Shown: positions 35,144-44,490 of the stretch, piece after piece
Position numbering within the stretch: the stretch's first letter is position 1
Layout of the letters: every line of letters starts with the position of its first letter
IMG/VR virus record: IMGVR_UViG_3300031992_000005
Coordinates: 256,001-320,000 of that record
Reading direction: 5' to 3' (one strand)
From: a virus
DNA length: 64,000 nt
Notes under the pieces: model-generated
What the model saw: only the letters and a program-made list of their open reading frames with translations
Told to the model about the DNA's origin: nothing
Database searches by the model: none
Program-made: the position numbers and the translations under genes

Positions 35144-35254
35144 TAAAAACAGATAAATATATGGGCTTCTCAGATTGGGAAGACTCGGAAAAATATCATG
35201 TTACTTATGCGTGGTGTATTGTTCCAGGAACTACATGGAGAGATGACATAAAGA

Positions 35255-35437
35255 ATGGATTTATATATAAAAACGATGGAAGTAAATGATGGTTTTTCTA
35301 ACGGATTAGGGGGAGATACCTTAATAGAATCGTTCTATAATAAAATAAAATTAACTATGGGGGACTGGGAATTCCCACTAAAAAATAGCAAAGATTTAAA
35401 AGGAGTTGATAATTCCTCGAAAGAAAATAGGGAATAA
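35255..35437 (+). CDS. Doubtful small ORF in a 358-nt gap
   Basis: A 60-aa ORF with no leader. It overlaps an alternative 42-aa ORF (35161..35289, MGFSDWEDSEKYHVTYAWCIVPG). I cannot tell which, if either, is real. Confidence 0.2.
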   Translation: MDLYIKTMEVNDGFSNGLGGDTLIESFYNKIKLTMGDWEFPLKNSKDLKGVDNSSKENRE

Positions 35438-35501
35438 ATTACTCTAATACACTAAATACCAGATATAAATCTGGCAAAAAATATTAATAAAACAATTCAG
35501 G

Positions 35502-36488
35502 ATGTCATTAATAGTTAGATTGAAAAGAAAGATGTTTGCTTGGAATGACAATAAAGCAAACACTTATGAGTATTGCCTAAGAAATCCAGATAAGGATGAA
35601 AATGCCCAAAGAATAAAGGGGATGGAAGAAAAATATCCTGAAGAGACCGCTAGATTAAAAGAAAAATTGAAAGATCCTAACTTCACTACAAATAATACAA
35701 AAGCTAATAATAGTCAGAGGAATTCCTATTATGAAAATTATAAAGCGACAACTCCAGAAGGAATAAAGGTAGATAAGGATCTTAAAAGTGGTTTAGATAG
35801 TCTTAATAAACAGGCAAGAAAAGAAAATAAACAACTACTAAAAGCTATTCAAAGAAAAAAGAAAATAGCTAATATTGCAGGTATTGGAGGAGGAATTGCT
35901 GCAGCAGCAGGTTTAGGATATGGCCTAAAGAAAGCTCATGATAATAAAAAAGCTTGGGAAGAAGAGAAAAAGAATATTAAAGTAACTGATCCTTCTGGGA
36001 AAAAATTGACCCAAGAAGAACAAGACTATTTCAGAGGCAAGGAAACAAATAGTCAAAAAAATAGCCGCAAAGGTACTTCAAGTAGAATTCTTGGAGCTAC
36101 GGGAGCCGCAGGAAGCATGCTCGGAGTTGTTAGAGGCAAGAAAATAATAGATGGAGCTAATGATACAATACTTAGGCACATGGACCGTATTAGTAAAGAA
36201 CAAAACCTAGTTAATAGTGTTAAAGGTAAAATCAATGCTGATGTTGCTGCAGTCCAAAATAAATATATGCAAAAAATAGCTAATAAATCTATCAGCAAAC
36301 GAGCAGCTGCTGAACGTTTACAAAAAAGAGTTTTGAAAAAGGTAAATAAAAGTATGATAGGCGGTGTTTCTGCAGGATTATTAGGCGGTGCAGCATTAGC
36401 AGCTATGTATAATACTAATAAAAAGATTAAGAACGAGCGTCTTAATTCTAAAAGAAGATTGGCAGCTTTACAGAAAAGTGAAGCATAA
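35502..36488 (+). CDS. Extended-leader membrane-type protein, tandem paralogue A
   Basis: N-terminus MSLIVRLKRKMFAW. Shares IAGIGGGIAAAAGLGYGLKKAHDNKKAWEEEKK and a C-terminal GGVSAGLLGGAALAAMY segment with 36504. Confidence 0.65.
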   Translation: MSLIVRLKRKMFAWNDNKANTYEYCLRNPDKDENAQRIKGMEEKYPEETARLKEKLKDPNFTTNNTKANNSQRNSYYENYKATTPEGIKVDKDLKSGLDSLNKQARKENKQLLKAIQRKKKIANIAGIGGGIAAAAGLGYGLKKAHDNKKAWEEEKKNIKVTDPSGKKLTQEEQDYFRGKETNSQKNSRKGTSSRILGATGAAGSMLGVVRGKKIIDGANDTILRHMDRISKEQNLVNSVKGKINADVAAVQNKYMQKIANKSISKRAAAERLQKRVLKKVNKSMIGGVSAGLLGGAALAAMYNTNKKIKNERLNSKRRLAALQKSEA

Positions 36489-36503
36489 AAGAAAATTAAC
36501 ATT

Positions 36504-37346
36504 ATGTCATTAATAGTTAGATTGAAAAGAAAGTTGTTTGCTGCTTGGAATGAAAATCTCAGAACCGTATACGAACATGCATTAGATAACCAGGATAAAG
36601 AAGCTGAAAGAGAATATAGGTCATTGTTAGAGGAGAGATTCCCTAAACAAACATCTGGTATAAAAGATACGAGGAGATTCGTTAAAGACGTAAAAGACTC
36701 TTTTAGAGACATAGATAAGGCAGCAAGAAAAAAGAATAAGCGACTACTCAAAGTGGCTAAAGCAGCTAAAATTGCAGGTATTGGAGGAGGAATTGCAGCT
36801 GGAGCGGGATTAGCATATGGCTTAAAGAAAGCTCATGATAATAAAAAAGCTTGGGAAGAAGAGAAAAAAGGAATAACGGATCCCAATAAAATAAATTCAC
36901 TGAAAGAGAGCAAAGATCAGAAAAAAAATAGACAACTGGGTGAAGGGGCTATTGTAACTGCAGGAACACTTGGTGGTGCATTAACAGGTGCAGCTATCGT
37001 AGGTAGACAAAAAGCTAGAGCAGATAAGCTATATGATAGAAAATTCGATATCTACGGAAAGAAGATGCTCGAACGACATAAAAAATTTGATAGTTATGCA
37101 AGATCTTCACCATATGGCGTTGATAGGATAATAGATGCTGACAGCAAATTTGTGAATAAGCTATCTCAAGATTGGCGAAGTAAAGGTCTAGCTCTTGATC
37201 GACTAAATAGAAAGATAGGTAAAAAAGCTCCTGGTAAAGTACTAAAAGCTGCAGGATTAGGTTTAGCTGGAGGTGCTGCATTGGCTACTATGTATGGTAT
37301 TAATCAAAAAGTTGCCAATGAAAAGAAAAACTCCACGAACAAATAA
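36504..37346 (+). CDS. Extended-leader membrane-type protein, tandem paralogue B
   Basis: N-terminus MSLIVRLKRKLFAAW. Contains IAGIGGGIAAGAGLAYGLKKAHDNKKAWEEEKK and a C-terminal GLGLAGGAALATMY. Confidence 0.65.
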   Translation: MSLIVRLKRKLFAAWNENLRTVYEHALDNQDKEAEREYRSLLEERFPKQTSGIKDTRRFVKDVKDSFRDIDKAARKKNKRLLKVAKAAKIAGIGGGIAAGAGLAYGLKKAHDNKKAWEEEKKGITDPNKINSLKESKDQKKNRQLGEGAIVTAGTLGGALTGAAIVGRQKARADKLYDRKFDIYGKKMLERHKKFDSYARSSPYGVDRIIDADSKFVNKLSQDWRSKGLALDRLNRKIGKKAPGKVLKAAGLGLAGGAALATMYGINQKVANEKKNSTNK

Positions 37347-37384
37347 AAAATTGTACAAAAAATAAACAATAAATACACTAAATT

Positions 37385-37798
37385 ATGATTATACTAAGAA
37401 CTAAAACTTATTCACGATTAGAAGATGAAGATTATCGTGATAAAATGTATGAAAAGAAGAGAGGCGTTAAGCACGCAAAGGCAACCGGTGCACTGGTAGG
37501 AGCCGGATTTGGAGCAAGTCTAGGTGGAACACTTGGTAGTGCAGCAGGTGGTAGAGGTGCACTAATTGGTGCCGGTATAGGAGGAGTTGCCGGAGGTGTA
37601 GGTGGTTATCATCTAGGCAGGAAAGAAAAAGATAGAGTTGAAAAAGAAGTTGCCAGAAAGCTAGATCGTTATGAAAATGCTAACGAAAAGGATAGAGCTT
37701 ATTTGAGAAGAAAAGAGGAAAAGGATGAAGAGATGGCACTTCGTAAACAGCAGGTAGCTGCTCAGACTCAAATGGCGATGAATTCTTATAGATGGTAA
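37385..37798 (+). CDS. Leader-tagged glycine-zipper protein
   Basis: N-terminus MIILRTKTYSRL. Contains GALVGAGFGASLGGTLGSAAGGRGALIGAGIGGVAGGVGGY, followed by a charged helical tail. Confidence 0.65.
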   Translation: MIILRTKTYSRLEDEDYRDKMYEKKRGVKHAKATGALVGAGFGASLGGTLGSAAGGRGALIGAGIGGVAGGVGGYHLGRKEKDRVEKEVARKLDRYENANEKDRAYLRRKEEKDEEMALRKQQVAAQTQMAMNSYRW

Positions 37799-37836
37799 AT
37801 TTAAAACAAACTAATTAAGAAAAATTAAAGGTAAAG

Positions 37837-37868
37837 TAAGAGTAGGCGTCTAAAGTACCCTACTCTTA
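37837..37868 (+). other. Intergenic 10-bp stem-loop
   Basis: TAAGAGTAGG (37837-37846) pairs with CCTACTCTTA (37859-37868), with a 12-nt loop. Confidence 0.4.
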
Positions 37869-37899
37869 TCCCAAACAAAATTAATCAAAATTAACGAAA

Positions 37900-38655
37900 A
37901 TGAATATAGATGTTTCATTGTTACCTAGCGGAGGCATTGGGTATAATTTTCCCAGTGTGGTAATTAAGCCTCTCAATTTCTTAGAGATTACGCAATACTT
38001 ATCTAACCTACCAGGGGAGGATGATCCGTTAGGACGTTACCTATTCGATATGAACATGCTGAGGGATGATGATCCTAATATAGAAAATTGTTATATTATG
38101 GATATAGACTTTCTCATCTTCTATAAAAAGTTATGTACTGTCAGTGAAGACTTATCTTATCAAATTGAAGTTAGTTGTCCACATTGCGGTGCTACAATAA
38201 AGAAGACCATTTCCTTTGATAAGGATGTTCATTTCAAACAGATTGACCCTAATATTATGAATGGGGCCAAGATAGAACTAAATGGTCATCATTACGATAC
38301 TATTGTTCCTACATACAAAGACTTTATGAAAGTTTTTTCACTTTATCTTAGGTATAGAAAAATACAAGATCTAAAGATGATTAAAACGATTGCTCTTATT
38401 AAAGACTTTGATGTACAGGGAAATCAGATCGAAGATGACGTATTACACGCAAAGCATAACGACATTACCCTTCTTATGGCTCTAAGAGACCTCTATTATG
38501 ATAGAGTGGAACCAGTAGAGTTATTTTGTCCTAAATGCGATAAGCCCGAAGAAAGGAGGAGTGTGACAGTGAGTCTTGAAGGTCTCATTGTCGATTTCTT
38601 TCGAGAGCTCTATGTCAATAGCCCAATTGATGGAACTAAAATTCTTTTTAAATAA
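37900..38655 (+). CDS. Tail assembly chaperone / baseplate hub assembly protein (T4 gp26-like, tentative)
   Basis: First of two genes immediately upstream of the tape measure. The N-terminal LLPSGGIGYNFPSVVIKPLNFLE resembles the LPS.G..Y ... V.V+P motif I recall for gp26-type hub proteins. There are two distant CxxC pairs (CPHCG, CPKCD). Confidence 0.4.
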   Translation: MNIDVSLLPSGGIGYNFPSVVIKPLNFLEITQYLSNLPGEDDPLGRYLFDMNMLRDDDPNIENCYIMDIDFLIFYKKLCTVSEDLSYQIEVSCPHCGATIKKTISFDKDVHFKQIDPNIMNGAKIELNGHHYDTIVPTYKDFMKVFSLYLRYRKIQDLKMIKTIALIKDFDVQGNQIEDDVLHAKHNDITLLMALRDLYYDRVEPVELFCPKCDKPEERRSVTVSLEGLIVDFFRELYVNSPIDGTKILFK

Positions 38656-38656
38656 A

Positions 38657-38893
38657 ATGTTAAAAGCGGATAATATAGAATATTATACGTTAGATGCATT
38701 AATTAAACTTAGAAAAGTCTATGACGAATTCTTAAGCAACAGTGATGGTGTAGATCCAGATTTTCCACTCATGAAGTTTGGAAATGGTGAAAAGAAAATC
38801 GCAGGTGTTAATAAGGCAAAGATAGAATTAGAGAACCAAGAACGTGGAATAGAGGAGCCACTGGGCATGAATAATTTCCTCAATAAACGATAA
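38657..38893 (+). CDS. Small protein upstream of the tape measure (possible second chaperone product)
   Basis: ATG at 38657, one nt after the upstream stop (38653-38655). This frame is also open from 38576, overlapping the end of the upstream gene. Confidence 0.4.
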   Translation: MLKADNIEYYTLDALIKLRKVYDEFLSNSDGVDPDFPLMKFGNGEKKIAGVNKAKIELENQERGIEEPLGMNNFLNKR

Positions 38894-38895
38894 AT

Positions 38896-41800
38896 ATGGC
38901 TAATAACAATCAAAATCAGCCAAAGAAAGACGAATCCTACGCTAACTATCAACAGGCAGGTCAGCAATTGCTTCAAATGAATGCTGAAAGACAGAAGAAC
39001 ATAGCTCTTCAGAGACAGGCTAATGCCAATCAGCAAGGGACTACTGAATTACTGTCACAAGCGGGCGCAATGGCAACTATGGGAGGAGGTGGTGCAGCAA
39101 TAAATCCACAGACTCAAGCTATGTTAAGGAAATATGGCTATGGTCAGCCTAAGGTACAAAGGGCTCAAGGTAGAGAAGTAAAAATTGTTCCGAATAATAT
39201 TGTTATTAATAACAACTATAACACAGTATCCAATAACAATGTTATTCCTCAACAAGGTGGTGGGAATGACGCTGCTAATAGTCAGAGTAGATTCAAGACT
39301 TGGATTAGTGGGATTTTTGCTAGACAGAAAGAGGAAACTGCTAAGAGAGACCGAGAATATCAAAAGCAAGAGTGGGCTATCGGTAAGAGCACTAATAGAA
39401 TGCTCAGACAGATGACTGATGCTGGCCGTAATGTAGCAAATGCAATAAATCCTAGAAATTTAGGTTCTTCTTTAGGTGGTCAAATAAAAACACTGCTCTT
39501 CCTATTTGGTATGAGATTTTTGTCTAAGAACTGGACTAAAATCTTGGATATAACTACTACCATAACTGGATATATAAAAGAAGGATTGGCCTTTTTTGGT
39601 ATAGGTGATGAAACTAGAGTAAAAGCCCTAGCAGCACAAGGTAAGGATTTTCGAGGCAGATTTATTTCATTTTTCACTGAACCTGCTAGAGCCAGGGATG
39701 GAAAAACTACAGTAATCAGTCTCATGAGGGAAATGATACAAAGCTTTGGAGATTACATTAAGACTTTCATTGAAGGTCAGATGGAACTTCGAGGTATCGC
39801 CATGAGAAGTATCAAATTCCCAAAAATAGACTTTAAACCTGCAGATTCGTCTGGTTGGAATCCATTAGCTAGTGCTATAAATAGTGCAATATCTAGTTTA
39901 GGTGATTCGTTGACAAATGCTCTTTCTGGCATGGGAACCTACATTGGTGATATATTTACTGCCTTTGTAAATCCTAAAGCTGGTGCAAGAAGAGCAATTG
40001 TTTCTAATGTTAGAAACTTAGGTACAGAAAATTCAAGAAAAAATCAGGAATACTATAGAAATGTAAATAGATTTACTGCAGTCAATGTATGGGATGGCGA
40101 TAAAGCAAATGGTTGGGCAGTAAATGCTGGAGACGCAGCGAATGAATTAGTAGGAGAAGATTATTATGATGCAGCGAATCATAGATACTTAAAGGGTAGT
40201 AGAAGATACGCACTCTTGGAGAATGCTCTAGAAGGTAATAGGTTAAGAAATACAGCTGGTTCTCAAATTAGCCAAGGTCGAGACTTGTTAGGTGCTATTA
40301 ATAATGCGAAAACACATGGTAGAATAGATACTGCTAGATTTGCAAGTGGTGTATCTAGACTCTATGAAGCAGCTAAGGAAAATGAAAATGGCGTAGTAGT
40401 TGACCAGGAATTTGTAAATACACTGATTGGAGAGAAACTAAAGAGAGATCTTACCTCAACTAGGGACTTAGTACCTGTTAAGATGAAGTATGTCGTAGCT
40501 GACCTAGATGCTTCAGAATACGGAAATCGAGGTTCAGAGTTATATAAGGAGGCTGCTGGAACTTCAGATGACTTGTTAGTTGGAAAAGTTCCATTATTAG
40601 GTTGGGGATTAAATGTAGCTACCGCAGGTATACAAAAATTAGGGAATTCACTTGCTACTCACCTTAATTCTAAAAAACTAATATTAGTTCCTGAATCAGA
40701 TCCTAGACCTGCAGTTACTAAGATTAAGGATGTTTGGGGTGCTAATACAACTGGTGATGTAAAAGACCTAGGAAAACCTGTCAGTACTTATTACCGATTG
40801 ACTCCAACTGCCATAGAGAAGATAATGCAACACCGCATTAGTAAGGACGCAGATATAGATAACTATGAAACATTCTTACCAGGTGTTGATAAGTTCTTAG
40901 TTCGTGCAGGTGGTGGAGAAGCAGCAGTTAATAAAAAATGGAGTGAAAGCCAGAAGAAAAACCTTCAGTTTACTCAAGAGCGTTTTGGAGGTAATCAGCG
41001 AGATTATGATATTACAAGCGGTTTTAATGAAATAAGACGTATTGAACTTGCTGAACAAAAATTACGATCTAAGATGGAGAATCATCCATTTATGGGTTAT
41101 GTTAATCGTGCTGTTAATAATGCAGAAAAACTGGTTAATAAAGGAGTTGAAGGTGTTAATAACGTTGTAAGGTGGTTTGGTACAACAGATCTTGGTAGAA
41201 ATCTTGCAACTGAGAGAGTTACTAATAAAACTGTTAGAGCTAATGCCCAAAGAATAATGGATTTCCTCATTAATGAGGGTGGATTTACTCCAGATCAAGC
41301 GATAGGAATTCTTGGAAACTTGTATATAGAATCAGGCAGATCCCTCAGTCCACGAGCAATAAATCCCAACGATAGTGGAAAAAGGTCTGTAGGCCTAGCT
41401 CAATGGAGAGACGATCGTGATAAGGCTCTTCAACAATTTGCTTCCAGTCGAGGAAAATCTTGGGATGATTTCGATACTCAGCTAGAGTTTCTTCTATGGG
41501 AACTTGGGAACAAAGAAAGAGCTGCAAACAATGCCGTTAGAAAATCGAATAATTTCCAGGAAGCTGCATATGCTTGGAGACTTTTTGAGAGATATGATGG
41601 CTGGGATACTGGCGGAAGAACTACGGGCTTGCATAAAGAACGACAGAAGGCCGCTTGGTCTATGTATAATATGCTCAAGAACGATGGATACTTTGAAGGA
41701 AAGAGATTAAGTGTTAATGGTTCTACAAGTAATGACGGCAGTGATCTAATGAATTCAAATATACCAGAAGGCTCTATCTTCATATCTACTGCACGCCCTG

Positions 41801-44490
41801 GAGCAAATACTTCGGGCGGATACAATTATTATAATTCACCTGGATCGTTCTCTATGCCTTCTACAGCAGCTGCTCCAAGCAATAATGGCTATTACTTACC
41901 ATTACAGAATAACTCTATGGTTATAACTTCACCTTTTGGTAATCGTGCAGATCCCGTTAATAAAGGTAAAGTACAATTTCATAAAGGTATCGATATTCGA
42001 GCTAATAATGAGAATATTTACGCCACAGAGAACGGAGGTAGAGTTGTTAAGGTAAACAATAATGCTGGCTCTGGTGGTGGAAAGTCTGTAACAGTAGAGT
42101 ATGATCGTGGTAACGGTAATAAAATACAAACCACCTATAGACACTTATCTAGCATTGGTGTACGAGAAGGTGAAGGTGTTCAGGCAGGTCAACAATTAGG
42201 TGTATCAGGAAATACTGGTCGTAGATCAACAGCACCACACTTACATTTCGAAGTTAGTACTATAGATAGTAACGGCAATTCACAAAAGGTAGATCCTACT
42301 GCATATCTTGCAGATATAAGTCAGGCAGGAGGATTATCTTTGAATATGTCTTATAAAAACGGAAGTGGAGGTATAGTAGTAAATGGTAGTTCTGAATCTA
42401 TTTTCGAAAATGATACTATTGAACGCCCTTTCGGTAAAGAAGATATCAAAACTGAAAAAGAACTAAAGCAACAAGAGGTAAAATCAGCCGTTGCTAGAGA
42501 AGCAATGAGGGTTTGGGAAAAATATCCGGAACTAAAAGAAGCTTTTGATGATTATGATCATTTCGAAAATTATTGGATTACAAAAGGTCCTAGTAAAAGA
42601 AAAAAGCTAATGAAAGGCTATATGGCTTATCATAATCATAAAAAAGCCATTGATGCAGACCCGAACCTATCTAAGTTAGGCGTACATCATTTTGCTGAAA
42701 TATGGGCTAGTAAATCAACAGAACCTTGGGAAGTGATAAACAGAGCTGAACAAGGTCGACAGTTTGAAAAGATAGAAGAAGGTGCTGATGCTTTTGCAAA
42801 GAAAATAGAAGAACAATCGAAAGACACTCTTTGGATAAGAAATGATTATAAGAGAGGTTCGGACAAAAAATGGAAAGATGAAGTAGATGCTATAGGAGAA
42901 AGCGGGGCCTACAAGAGACTTTATAAGGATATTCTAGAGGGAAGAAAAGGCTCTGGTTATGATGATAAGATAGCAGCATCTATTCTATTTGGAGATGATT
43001 ATAATAAATTACGAGAAGAGCTAAACGATACTAACACAGCTATTACTAATGCAAAGTACAGAGGCATTAATCACGACAAGGAAATTACGAAGAAAGACTT
43101 CCTGCAAAAAAAGTTAAGAAATTTTGAACAATCTGCATATAACTATACAACGCTAGCAAATAATGAAAGTAAATCTAAGAGAAAACAACTCTTTTCACAA
43201 AATCAAAAAATAGCCCAAATAAAAAATCAAATTTTAAGTTATGAGGAGGAGAGAAAAGCTATTACTGCAAAAGCTGAAAGACAACTACTTAATTGGCCTA
43301 ACATGACTGCAGAAGAGATTAATGAGCTAGAATTAAATACTGTAGCAGATATTGCTTGGATCAATGATAAGCAGGATAGTCTCCGACAACAACTATATAA
43401 GATAATGGATGGGCTAGGTGAAGATCAAGAGGAGTTTAAAATCAAGCTAGAGCAAGAAATTAAATTACAAACAAAGACAGGAGAAGAACTTTGGGGTGAA
43501 TTTAATAATATTATGGATAGCGGTAAATCTCAGATAGAGGCATTAGGTGAAATGATGCGTGAGTATGGAAAAGAAGTTCTTGAAAAAATGAGGAATGAAT
43601 TAGCAAAAACTATAACATTCTTCCAAGATCATGAACTTACTGAAAACATGTTCGATCCTAATTATAATCCTACTGCACAATTAACCGCCCTTGAAAAAAT
43701 ACAAGAACAGAAGAAAGCTTTAGTCGAAGAATATGGATCTTGGACAAAAGTTCTAGACGATAAAAGAATTCCACTTGAACTTGCGGAAAAAAATATAAAA
43801 CAAAACGCTGCAAATGTTCAAGTTACTATTCAAGGTAATCAAGCTCTATCTGAAAATGGATTGGCTGAACCTATAAAAAATGCAGATGAACTCAATACAA
43901 AAGCACAGGGAGTAATTAATAAAGTTGATAAGCTCTCTAATAGAAAAACCACTATGGAAATACTTCCAAAAGGTTGGGGAGGAACTGGGTATGATGAAAA
44001 TTATACAAGTAATAAGCCAGATGAAAAACCAGTCTTTACGTCTAAATATTATAATTCCGGATACATTGATGAGAAAACTGGTAAGATAAATGGTCCTCTG
44101 ACAGATTCCTCAGGATTTAATAAAAAGAGAAAAACGCCAGTCAAACTATCTAGTGGTAAAACTGTAGGAGGCTATACTGAACCGGGTAATCCACTAACCC
44201 CTTCTGGATATGTCCTTCACAAAGATGAGTTTGTAGTTAATTCTAAGTCTCTGAAAAACCCATTGATTAGTGATATTGTCCGAGCAATTGATGTTTATCA
44301 GGGAACTAATAAGGACTCAGTTAAGACACCAATCTCTAAAGAATCGATATTAACTGCAGAATCTTCAAAAATTACTGCAATTAACACCGCAGAAACAAAT
44401 GCTAGATTAGAGCAGTTAACTCAAGCTGTATTAAATTTAGGAAGAAGTGGAGGAACACCAAAAACTAAAGTTCCTTCTTATACACCATGA
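38896..44490 (+). CDS. Tape measure protein with embedded tail-lysozyme and M23 peptidase domains
   Basis: 1864 aa, between the chaperone pair and the baseplate genes. The lysozyme-like segment (nt ~41236-41610) reads GILGNLYIESGRSL ... SVGLAQWRDDRDKALQQFA ... QLEFLLWELG. The M23 segment (nt 41929-42255) reads FHKGIDI ... GNTGRRSTAPHLHFEV. The C-terminal third is long and coiled-coil-like. Confidence 0.8.
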   Translation: MANNNQNQPKKDESYANYQQAGQQLLQMNAERQKNIALQRQANANQQGTTELLSQAGAMATMGGGGAAINPQTQAMLRKYGYGQPKVQRAQGREVKIVPNNIVINNNYNTVSNNNVIPQQGGGNDAANSQSRFKTWISGIFARQKEETAKRDREYQKQEWAIGKSTNRMLRQMTDAGRNVANAINPRNLGSSLGGQIKTLLFLFGMRFLSKNWTKILDITTTITGYIKEGLAFFGIGDETRVKALAAQGKDFRGRFISFFTEPARARDGKTTVISLMREMIQSFGDYIKTFIEGQMELRGIAMRSIKFPKIDFKPADSSGWNPLASAINSAISSLGDSLTNALSGMGTYIGDIFTAFVNPKAGARRAIVSNVRNLGTENSRKNQEYYRNVNRFTAVNVWDGDKANGWAVNAGDAANELVGEDYYDAANHRYLKGSRRYALLENALEGNRLRNTAGSQISQGRDLLGAINNAKTHGRIDTARFASGVSRLYEAAKENENGVVVDQEFVNTLIGEKLKRDLTSTRDLVPVKMKYVVADLDASEYGNRGSELYKEAAGTSDDLLVGKVPLLGWGLNVATAGIQKLGNSLATHLNSKKLILVPESDPRPAVTKIKDVWGANTTGDVKDLGKPVSTYYRLTPTAIEKIMQHRISKDADIDNYETFLPGVDKFLVRAGGGEAAVNKKWSESQKKNLQFTQERFGGNQRDYDITSGFNEIRRIELAEQKLRSKMENHPFMGYVNRAVNNAEKLVNKGVEGVNNVVRWFGTTDLGRNLATERVTNKTVRANAQRIMDFLINEGGFTPDQAIGILGNLYIESGRSLSPRAINPNDSGKRSVGLAQWRDDRDKALQQFASSRGKSWDDFDTQLEFLLWELGNKERAANNAVRKSNNFQEAAYAWRLFERYDGWDTGGRTTGLHKERQKAAWSMYNMLKNDGYFEGKRLSVNGSTSNDGSDLMNSNIPEGSIFISTARPGANTSGGYNYYNSPGSFSMPSTAAAPSNNGYYLPLQNNSMVITSPFGNRADPVNKGKVQFHKGIDIRANNENIYATENGGRVVKVNNNAGSGGGKSVTVEYDRGNGNKIQTTYRHLSSIGVREGEGVQAGQQLGVSGNTGRRSTAPHLHFEVSTIDSNGNSQKVDPTAYLADISQAGGLSLNMSYKNGSGGIVVNGSSESIFENDTIERPFGKEDIKTEKELKQQEVKSAVAREAMRVWEKYPELKEAFDDYDHFENYWITKGPSKRKKLMKGYMAYHNHKKAIDADPNLSKLGVHHFAEIWASKSTEPWEVINRAEQGRQFEKIEEGADAFAKKIEEQSKDTLWIRNDYKRGSDKKWKDEVDAIGESGAYKRLYKDILEGRKGSGYDDKIAASILFGDDYNKLREELNDTNTAITNAKYRGINHDKEITKKDFLQKKLRNFEQSAYNYTTLANNESKSKRKQLFSQNQKIAQIKNQILSYEEERKAITAKAERQLLNWPNMTAEEINELELNTVADIAWINDKQDSLRQQLYKIMDGLGEDQEEFKIKLEQEIKLQTKTGEELWGEFNNIMDSGKSQIEALGEMMREYGKEVLEKMRNELAKTITFFQDHELTENMFDPNYNPTAQLTALEKIQEQKKALVEEYGSWTKVLDDKRIPLELAEKNIKQNAANVQVTIQGNQALSENGLAEPIKNADELNTKAQGVINKVDKLSNRKTTMEILPKGWGGTGYDENYTSNKPDEKPVFTSKYYNSGYIDEKTGKINGPLTDSSGFNKKRKTPVKLSSGKTVGGYTEPGNPLTPSGYVLHKDEFVVNSKSLKNPLISDIVRAIDVYQGTNKDSVKTPISKESILTAESSKITAINTAETNARLEQLTQAVLNLGRSGGTPKTKVPSYTP

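Noticed and set aside
38576-38656. The track start of the second pre-tape-measure ORF at 38576.
   Set aside because: That coordinate is a non-ATG start, 80 nt back inside the previous gene. ATG 38657, immediately after the upstream stop, is the simpler start. A fusion by frameshift is kept only as a low-interest hypothesis.
8236-41710. Alternative-frame + strand ORFs nested in larger genes (8236..8502, 9157..9351, 10273..10515, 11831..12037, 12827..13111, 25943..26152, 39185..39415, 41504..41710).
   Set aside because: They are fully contained in long ORFs with clear functional signatures. Their sequences are low-complexity translations of the other frame.
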